Source: Octopus bimaculoides
Lineage: Eukaryota
Assembly (NCBI RefSeq): GCF_001194135.2
Contig: NC_068981.1
Coordinates: 56,890,665 to 56,936,997, forward strand
DNA length: 46,333 nucleotides
Reading direction: 5' to 3'
Below the pieces are notes generated by a model. The model saw nothing but the letters and a program-made list of their open reading frames with translations, did no database searches and was not told the origin of the DNA. The stretch's first letter is position 1. Each line of letters starts with the position of its first letter. A program made the translations under genes and the position numbers. Below are positions 37,368 through 46,333 of the stretch, piece by piece.

Positions 37368-37645
37368 CTTTATAGCATAAAACCGGTAACAGTTGGCGAA
37401 GTGATGGTAGTCACTGAACAAGAATGTGTACAAATATCAAGCGAAATGTTTCTTACTGTTTGTTATTCCATTGCTTCACGACTTCAGCAGTGCCTGGACC
37501 AGAACGGTTGTTAGTTTGCAAACAGGCGTTCATAAAAGGAAAATATCTTCTATCAATAGATTCTATTAAATTTTGAAAACGAAAAATATTTTAATAAACA
37601 CTGACTTTGTAATCGCGCAACGTATGTATGCATTTTCGCAACTTT

Positions 37646-38124
37646 GGCTGTGTGGTAAGTAGCTTGCTTACCAACCACATGGTTTCGGGTTCAGTCCCAC
37701 TGCGTGGCACCTTGGGCAAGTGCCTTCTACTATAGCCTCGGGNNNNNNNNNNGGGCAAGTGCCTTCTACTATAGCCTCGGGCCGACCAAAGCTTTGTGAG
37801 TGGATTTGGTAGACGGAAACTGAAAGAAGCCCGTCGTATATATATGTAATGAATGTGTATATGTTTGTGTGTGTAAATGTTTGTGTGTGTCTATGTTTGT
37901 TTGTGTATATGTTTGTGTGTGTATATGTTTGTGTGTCTGTGTTTGTCACCCCCAACACCACTTGACAACCGATGCTGGTGTGTTTACGTCCCCGTTTAGC
38001 GGTTCGGCAAAAGAGACCGATAGAATAAGTACTAAGCTTACAAAGAATAAGCCCTAGGGTCGATTTGCTCGACTAATGGCGATACTCCAGCATGGCTGCA
38101 GTCAAATGACTGAAACAAGTAAAG
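37646..38124 (+). mobile_element. CORE-type tRNA-derived SINE, family C, with internal (TG)-rich tract
   Basis: ggctgtgtggtaagtagc...ggttcagtcccactgcgtggcACCTTGGGCAAGTG (CORE-like), tail ...gtcaaatgactgaaacaagtaaag. Confidence 0.85.
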
Positions 38125-38259
38125 AGAGAGAGTATATATGTGTGTATGTGTGTATGTGTGTATGTGTGTATACATATGTATACTCACAGAGACAAACACA
38201 CAACACGTGCACACAACAAACAGCAAATGCACAAGTGACAGACGGACAGACAGACAGAC

Positions 38260-38287
38260 AGATATACATACAGATAGACAGACAGGC

Positions 38288-38357
<70 letters not shown>

Positions 38358-38358
38358 A
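38260..38358 (+). repeat. (GACA)/(GATA)n microsatellite
   Basis: Direct reading. Confidence 0.95.
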
Positions 38359-39099
38359 TAGAGAATACGAGTGGCTATAACAAATTAAATCAGTAGAAAG
38401 GTTTGGAGACGATATGAAAGTAATAAAGTGAGATCGACGACAACAACAAAAACAAAACCAACAACTGTTGAAAAATAGGAACTATGAAAGTATTGAAAAC
38501 TAGGGATAGAAAGATAGGGATAGAAAGATAGGGATAGAGAGAGGAGGAAGGGAGCCATGAAATGTTAGAAAACTACAGAAAGGGAAGTGGGTGTAGAAAG
38601 ATAGAAGTGATTGCATAGAGGAACTCAGACGGGAAAAGAATGATGTGTAGAAAGCTAGGAAAGAAGAGAGACGGTTTAAAAGAGAGAAAACAATATGCAA
38701 AATGAGCATAAAGTAGTCGAAGAGATAGGAATTGTTTTGCGCTTACTGCTGTTTAGCAGCAGGTCAGCCTGTGGCTATACAATAACAACAATGGCGTACG
38801 TGCCATCTGTGACCATCTGGTCTGTTTTTAATGCAGTTACGATATAATTTAAATGAAACTTGGCTGCTATTCCTAGCCAGTTGAGCGACCAGACAGAGGC
38901 GTTCGTGTTGGTTCTAAGCGATATTGACGGAGAAGAGGAAGAAGTGAGGAAAGATTAGACGAATGGAAAAACATGTATTCGTCAGAGAAAGGTGGCGAGA
39001 AGAGAGAGTTGGTGAAAGAAAGTGAACTGGGTTTGGGGGAGAAAGATAGATTAGGAATGGTTAGAGATAGGATGAAGGAATGAAAGAGAAATGGATGGA

Positions 39100-39413
39100 A
39101 TAAATGAATGAATGAATGAATGAATGAATGAATGGATGACAGGAAAAAGAAATAAACACAGAAACAAACAAAGGAGGGTAGAAAGAAACAAACGTAAGAA
39201 ACAAAGGAAGAAAGAGAAAAGATGAAAAGATGAAAAGAAGGAAAATGAAAATAAAATGTGAATGAGAGAAAGAAAAAGTCAAGCAATAAAACGAGAGGGA
39301 GAGGAAGAGGAGGAGTAGTGAAGAGTGAGCAAATGTTAGATAAGTTGAAAGAAGAAGAAGAAGAAGAAGAAGAAGAAGAAGAAGAAGAAGAAGAAGAAGG
39401 AGGAGGGAAGGAA

Positions 39414-39458
<45 letters not shown>

Positions 39459-39460
39459 GG
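39100..39460 (+). repeat. Purine-rich (GAAT)n/(GAA)n/(GAAA)n tract
   Basis: Direct reading; source of the poly-S/F/L and poly-E ORFs. Confidence 0.93.
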
Positions 39461-39829
39461 CAAGGACATGAGCGTAATATGATGTAATATATGCATACAC
39501 ACACATGTATGCTTATATCTGTGAGTGAACATGTTTGTAGACATAATGATAGACAAAAACATGCTGTGTGATTAAGAAATTCGTTGGCCAATCACAAGAT
39601 CTTACTTTCGATACCAGTTCATGGCAAGTACCTTCTAACACGGCCTCGGATCAAACCAAGCCATAACTTATAATTCAAATGACCGGCCTTGTGTACACAC
39701 AGCATCTCGCTGTCTCTGCCTGGGGGTTACGCTAGAGGCAAAAGAGTCTAGCGAATACTAAACCAATGAGTAGGGTAACTCAACTGATAGGGTAATGGGA
39801 ATATCAATTCACGATATGGACGGAGATCT

Positions 39830-39833
39830 TTTT

Positions 39834-39874
<41 letters not shown>

Positions 39875-40281
39875 NNNNNNNNNNNNNNNNNNNNNNNNNN
39901 NNNNNNNNNNNNNNNNNNNNNNNNNNNNNNNNNNNNNNNNNNNNNNNNNNNNNNNNNNNNNNNNNNNNNNNNNNNNNNNNNNNNNNNNNNNNNNNNNNNN
40001 NNNNNNTATACACATATATATATATATATATACATACACAGACACATACACATATATATATAAATATGTATGTATGTATGTATGTATGTATACACACACG
40101 TGTGTACATAGATACACACATACGTGTATACATCCATGCTTATATTTGCTGAGATATACTACGAAAATGACTCTAGGGTTTCAAGTTTCGTGCCAAGGAT
40201 TCTCAACTAATACACAGACACACACACTCATACGCACACATACACAAACACATACATACACACACACATACATACACATGC

Positions 40282-40345
<64 letters not shown>

Positions 40346-40661
40346 CACTTAGAGAGTAGAGTGGAAGAGAGAGATTGAAAGAGAGAGAGAGGGAAACAGA
40401 AAGTGAGAGAGATAAAGTGAGAAAAAGAAGGATAAGGAAAAGTGCAGAGGGTGAATCAACAAATATTGCTAGACGAGCCATTACGCCGGAACGTGCTGGC
40501 ATTATCATGTTGAAACCATAAAGCAGCTGTTTGTTTTAATAGCCACAGAGTTGTCCGTCTGGGGAAATCTATGTATTCATATATTCATAGGTCTCCTTCT
40601 GACATTCATAACCAGCATCTGGTTCGATTTTAAGCTATGACGGCACTTCACACCACGCTGA

Positions 40662-40713
<52 letters not shown>

Positions 40714-40810
40714 GTTCATAAGCGTGTGTGTCAGTGTGTGTATGTGTAAATGTGTGCATATATGAGTATGTGTGTTTGTGTACGTGTGTCGGAGTATGTG
40801 CGTGTGTATG
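39830..40810. repeat. Microsatellite cluster (CA)n, (TA)n, (GATA)n, (GA)n, (TG)n
   Basis: Direct reading. Confidence 0.88.
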
Positions 40811-41649
40811 TAGCTGTGTGTCTTACGCTGTTATTAGAGCAAAAGCGTTGCTAACTAAACTATTGGTGTTGCTGATGAAAGCTGTTGCGACTGCTGCGGT
40901 GATTTTTGTTGGTAATGTTGTTGATAATGTTGTTGCTGTTTGTGTGATATTCTTGTTGTCGCTGCTGGTGTCGTTGTAATTGTTGTTGTTGCTGATGTCT
41001 TGTTCTCAGTGAAATACTTGTATTTTCCGAAACAGCATGTAGTAGTGGTGGTGGGAGTAGTAGTAGTAGTAGTAGTAGTCGTGTTCTAATCGTTGTTACT
41101 GCTCAGATCAAGCCAGACTGAGTAGACTTATGATCAGAGGTACTTCAGCTATGACCATCTTGTCTACTTCCTATATGGGGGAACTCTAACCTACATTATT
41201 CCTAGTAACTTTTTTGAAATGGCATGGTATGATTTGAAGGATATTTTGATGCTATTTTTATCAGGTCGAGTAGCTATTCAGAGATTCCCTCGAAAGCTGT
41301 TGTAGCTGTAGCAGAAGAGGAAACAAAGGAGAAACATTGCTGTTACTTGTAACCGAGTATAACTTGATAAGAAGTACCCCACTTCCGCTAATTGTTTTAG
41401 CTTCAAGCAGACATAAGGCTCCTTTTCGGATCTCCCAACCTTCACCCAGTGGAGCATCCAGGATGTGAGAGCTGGAAGGAAAGAAGGCTGTACCAACAAT
41501 GGTCTAGTGCTCATTTTCAGCTGAGTTGACAGGAACAACATCTCGTTCAAAGATGCAATGTACCGCTCGGCCCGGTAATCGAACTCTCGACCATATAAAC
41601 TTAAGTCCGGAACGCTTGCTATAACACATTGAGTCAACATTTCTGCAAT

Positions 41650-42000
41650 TATAAGCGGGTGATTATTGAAAATTGGTTAGTGAAGTTTTATCAACCAAAT
41701 TCATGACCTATTCTGGGTCAATGCTTATGATGTTTTCATCTGACGCAGAAGCTGAAAGGACATATTTGATCTTTCAAGAGATTCAGCAGATTCAAGCATT
41801 TTCTATCCCTGAAGAGAAGGTCCATCTTGTACGCAGCAGTTTTACAATGTTATATGTGTAGTCATCACTTATAGCAAGTGTGAAAGTTTTTCGCTATGTA
41901 TATGTCATAGACATGTTGCTGGGTGATGTTTAGTTACTGTGCTTTTGCATCCAATGAGAGCAACTTGTCAAAGATATTGTTGTCTCTCCATCGAAGGAGT
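41650..42000 (-). mobile_element. Very old R4/Dong-like RT N-terminal relic
   Basis: Minus strand degenerate motifs KHHPATCL (for KNYRPITCL), KTFTLAISD, KDQ, HE(W)LIKT, in order. Confidence 0.4.
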
Positions 42001-42237
42001 ACAAGTAGCATCGGGCGAGTTATTTTGCGATTTCTGTTCTGGCTTTTTACGTTCTGAGTTCAAATTACACCACGGTGTTGATAGCTGGAACTAATTAGTT
42101 CCAACCATAAGAGCATCCCGCCCAACCGCAATTGGTCAGTGTGAACAGAGTAGATAAACCAACAACGGTACACGGAGGTTCCAATCAGAAGTGGATGAGT
42201 TGAATGGAGTTGACTATTATATAGCCTAATATAATAT

Positions 42238-42452
42238 AATTCTTTGTAATTTTAGCACAAGGCCGGCAATTTTAGAGGGAGGGTTTAGTCGATTAGATGC
42301 ATCCCAGTGCTCAACTGGCACATATTTTATTGACTCTGACAGAATGAAAGGTAAAGTCAACATCAGCTGAATTTTGAACTCAGAACGTAACGATCGAAAA
42401 GCATGACCTTAAGCATTTTCCCGACGCGCTAGCGATTCTACTAGCTCGCTCT
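42238..42452 (-). mobile_element. Diverged SINE family A copy
   Basis: tagcacaaggccggc...aatgaaaggtaaagtcaac...tgaactcagaac...ctagctcgc. Confidence 0.78.
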
Positions 42453-42473
42453 CTTAATATAGTATAATTTTTA

Positions 42474-42888
42474 AGGCGGCGAGCTAGCAGAAACGTTAGC
42501 ACGCCGGACGAAATGCTTAGCGGTATTTCGTCTGTCGTTACGTTCTGAGTTCAAATTCTGCCGAGGTCGACTTTGCCTTTCATCCTTTCGGGGTCGATAA
42601 ATAAAGTACAAGTTACGCACTGGGGTCGATGTAATCGATTTAATCCGTTTGTCCCCTCTATGTTTAGCCCCTTGTGGGCAATAAAGAAATAAGAAACGTT
42701 AGCACGCCGGGCGAAATGCTTAGCGGTATTTTGTCTGTCTTTACGTTTTGAGTTCAAATTCCACCGGGGTCGACTTTGCCTTTCATCCTTTCGGTGTCGA
42801 TTGATTAAGTACCAGTTACGTACTGAGGTCGATCTAATTGATTGGCCCCTCCCCAAAAATTTCGGGCCTTATGCCTAGAGTAGAAAAG
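42474..42888 (+). mobile_element. Dimeric SINE family A insertion with 14-bp flanking direct repeat
   Basis: Monomers at 42474-42692 and 42693-42888; aatatagtataatt at 42456-42469 and 42889-42902. Confidence 0.9.
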
Positions 42889-42902
42889 AATATAGTATAA
42901 TT

Positions 42903-43110
42903 CTTTCTAACTTTGGCAGCAATTTTGAGAAAACGAGTATATCGATGACATCGATTCCTGTACACTACTTGACTGGTACCTATTTTACGGACCCACAAAT
43001 GAATAACTACCAAAGCTGACTTCCACAAAATTTAACTTCAGAAAGTAGAGCTAGAAGAAATGCTGCTAAGTATTTTGACCGATGCACTAATGATTCTACC
43101 AAATTGCTGC
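42903..43110 (-). mobile_element. Old SINE family A copy
   Basis: Degenerate match: gactggtacctatttt...caaagctgacttccacaaaatttaacttcagaa...gctaagtatttt. Confidence 0.6.
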
Positions 43111-43119
43111 CTCAATATA

Positions 43120-44340
43120 CGAGGTGCATTCCACAAGGTTTTAGATATTTTAGTAGAGGCGGTTATAACTATCCTAGGTTATTGTAATGCTAGTATATTA
43201 TTACTATATATCTAATAAGCTGACTTGCCAACTTTTTATTCTACATGGAAGGACACAGCTGTAACACCACTTTCAACACTGCTTGTCACTGCTGAATAAT
43301 TTGCAGGATGCAGTCGCGACGTGATGACAGTTTGGAAGATTTCTATGCATTAAAGTTTGTGTTCAACTGGGCGAAAACGATACAGAAACTTATGAAACGA
43401 TCCAGACCGCTTATGGATTAACTTTATGAGCCGAGGATCTGTTTTTCGCTGATACGTGAGGCTCGTGGACCGTAGAAATGAAGCAAGAGATGAGGAGAGG
43501 TGAGGGATGGAAAGCGAAGTCAGAACATCAGAGCTGAGTTGAGAAAACACGCAATTTTCTGGAAGAAAAAAAAACGGTGTTTTATAAAGACAACGAGCAA
43601 AGTTTGTGCAGTTTTGTTCCCGGGGTTTTCAAAAGGAAGGACGCGTTGATGACAATAAAAAGACTGTCGAACTTATTACTTCTAATCCAAAAGTACTTGA
43701 GTCTTTGGTGACCTGTGACGAAAGATTGATCTATTGTTGTGATCTAGAAACCAAGCGACAAAGAGCCCTATGGAAGCATCTTGGCTCCCCTACACCCAAG
43801 ATGACCAGGCAGAACAAGTCCACTGGGAAGATCATGACGATCCCCTTTTTCAACAGCAAGTACATCATCTACATCCAGTGGGTCCCACTGGCAAGGCAGC
43901 CAACAAAGAGTACACTGCGGAAGTTTTGAGGAAGTTCATGAAGAGATTTCGTCGCAATAGGTCAGAGCACTTTCACCAGGACAATGCACCAGTCCACAAT
44001 TCCATCTTGGTAACCAATTACTTGGCAGAAATCGGCATCATAACTGTACTTCCCACGCCCTACATCCAGAATCGCTCCCTGTGGTTTTGGTTGTTCCCCA
44101 AACTGAAGGAGAACCACGGGTTAGTCGTTTTGAAGATACTGAGAAGATAAAGATCCTGACAAAGATCCTGGACACCTTCAGTTTGGAGGAGTTCTATAGG
44201 GCCTTCACGAAGTGACTGGAGCACAACAACAAGTCCATTGAAGGTAGGGGACCCTACTTTGAAGATTAGAGTTTTGTACTTCTTTGAAATTAATAAATGT
44301 ATTTGCCTGAAAAAGTCTCAAAGTTCTGGAAGGCAGCTTG
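43120..44340 (+). mobile_element. Mariner (DD34D) transposon, about 1.2 kb, TA-flanked, pseudogenised
   Basis: TA|cgaggtgcattcc ... ggaaggcagcttg|TA; ESLVTCDERLIYCCDLETKRQ..WKH.GSP.PK..RQ.KST.K, NKEYTAEVLRKF...HFHQDNAPVHNS...FWLFPKLK. Confidence 0.92.
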
Positions 44341-44389
44341 TAAAATAGTAATAATAATATATGTAAAGATACATACATAGTTGCACGCA

Positions 44390-45010
<621 letters not shown>

Positions 45011-45254
45011 CAGAGATACACACGCACAAACATAAATATATGCATACAAAAATATGATTTAAAAAACAACCAAATGGTGTGATATGTATTATTTTGTAAT
45101 TGCTTTAAGCTACATTACCTTCGAAATTAACAATTTAATTGAACAATTGTTATATAAAAACAAGAAAACTACTGCCTCTTATTAGCACAGTTATGGTTGG
45201 CGCATATTGTAAGAGAGAGAGAGGGAGAAAGAGAGATAAGAGTGAGTTGAGAAA

Positions 45255-45264
45255 GAAAGAAAGC

Positions 45265-45312
<48 letters not shown>
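45255..45312 (+). repeat. (GAAA)n microsatellite
   Basis: Direct reading. Confidence 0.95.
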
Positions 45313-45909
45313 CAAGCAAATGAGAGAGGAGGCGACAGAGACACAGAAACTCTATGTTTTAATTGTTAACCAAAAATATATGTAGAAACAAATTTCTTGC
45401 ATACAATTAACTTTTAATTAGGTTTCAAATATTGAATGTTTGACCCGAAAATTTCTTTATTATATATAATTCAATAAACTATTTTAATTTTGTTTTATTT
45501 TTATAATAGTATTTAGAATTTTTAATTAATCGAATATTGAAAATTAAAATACAATGAAGGTAAGTAACTTTGAAATTACATGTTGTCATTGATGATAGTC
45601 TTACGGGTGAGAGAGAATGATGGAGATTTGAACCCAGAGTAAATTGCCTATTCGTAAGTTTATGGGGAGAATTTGGTTCACGACACATGATAAATACAAT
45701 CTACTGGACAACTTTGAAAAAAATAGTTGTTGCTGCCATTTATTGCTCTATCAGCTATGTTCAAACTGGCCTATGATCAAATCCATTAACAATTCCGTCA
45801 TTTTCTATATCTTAAATATATTTCTCAACGTACCTCTCCTCTTCTGAGACGGTCAGGTATGATACGGTGATGATTCGGCTGCTAATTCTAGTATTCCCAG
45901 CGACCGATA

Positions 45910-45946
<37 letters not shown>

Positions 45947-46019
45947 CACTTAGAAATGGATGCGTGACGTTCAATTAAATAATAATAAATAATAAATATA
46001 TATATTGTATATATATATA

Positions 46020-46333
46020 TATATATACATATATGTTAATTCTCTAAATGAAGTATTAACAGTAACTGCACGATAAAGTGTAGTATATTGCCACTTAAGT
46101 GTGGCTGACCCCTAGGGGTGGATGTTACTGTTGCTTTTAGCCCCAGGAGGACATCTCCTCCAGCTGGCTTGTCGACACACGACTGTGTCCTGTTTGCCAA
46201 GGGTAGTTATCCCTCTCACCAACATCTGCAGCACGAACGGATCCGGATTTCAGGGTTATTTCCCTTCGTCGGCGTCCGATAGCCGCTGACCTTGGTGAGA
46301 GAGACAAAAACCTGGCAATCTTATATCTTCTTT
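46020..46333 (-). mobile_element. Probable terminal part of a Penelope-like or retrozyme-like retroelement abutting (TA)n, running off the window
   Basis: GC-richer, structured sequence that carries the hammerhead fold and ends at a (TA)n tract; no ORF visible in the window. Class is inferred. Confidence 0.45.
46234..46278 (-). ncRNA. Candidate minimal type I hammerhead ribozyme (palindromic helix III, U4C core variant)
   Basis: Minus RNA: CGGACG-CCGACGA-AGGG(AAAUAA)CCCU-GAAA-UCCGGA-UC^CGUUCG. Helix I has 6 bp (one G-U), helix II has 4 bp, GAAA and AUC cleavage triplet are present, helix III is the palindrome UCCGGA. Confidence 0.75.

Larger units (their letters stand above)
35150..37620 (+). 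mobile_element. rosa-type (DD41D) Tc1/mariner transposase relic split into 35150-35310 and 37372-37620
   Basis: Left part FQQDGVPPR...VRA..GENLSTRRTERRGSVE.LLHSPDL; right part YSIKPVTVGEV...EQECVQISSEMFLTVCYSIASRLQQCLDQNG. Matches the RWIGR/WPxRSPDL family C-terminus. Confidence 0.7.

Noticed and set aside
37714-37782. Apparent tandem duplication of gggcaagtgccttctactatagcctcggg
   Set aside because: The two copies flank a 10-N gap, typical of unmerged overlapping contig ends.
45545-45570. ATG AAG|gtaagt start-exon-like signal (and a possible 16-nt microexon near 44710-44725)
   Set aside because: Isolated splice-like motifs with no supporting exon or promoter evidence; expected by chance in AT-rich DNA.

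Overview
AT-rich, microsatellite-dense animal genomic DNA with seven N-gaps. The SINE families and the mix of LINE and DNA transposons look like octopus (coleoid cephalopod); this is recognised by eye, not searched. No host protein-coding gene can be supported: nearly all ORF-track entries are microsatellite translations or transposon relics, so the window reads as intergenic or intronic. It holds many decayed non-LTR retrotransposon fragments (R4/Dong-type with RT, CCHC and restriction-like endonuclease; L2/CR1-type; possibly RTE-type), IS630-Tc1-mariner relics (two mariner DD34D-type pseudogenes, DD37D maT-type, DD41D rosa-type), hAT-type MITEs, palindromic elements and at least four tRNA-derived SINE families. 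The most notable observation is a minimal type I hammerhead-ribozyme fold with palindromic helix III on the minus strand at 46234-46278, inside a ~90-nt hairpin. Also notable: template-switch hairpins inside LINE copies, a multi-layer nested transposon stack (35.1-37.6 kb) containing a mariner built from two left ends around passenger DNA, and stacked R4/Dong fragments at (TAA)n tracts.
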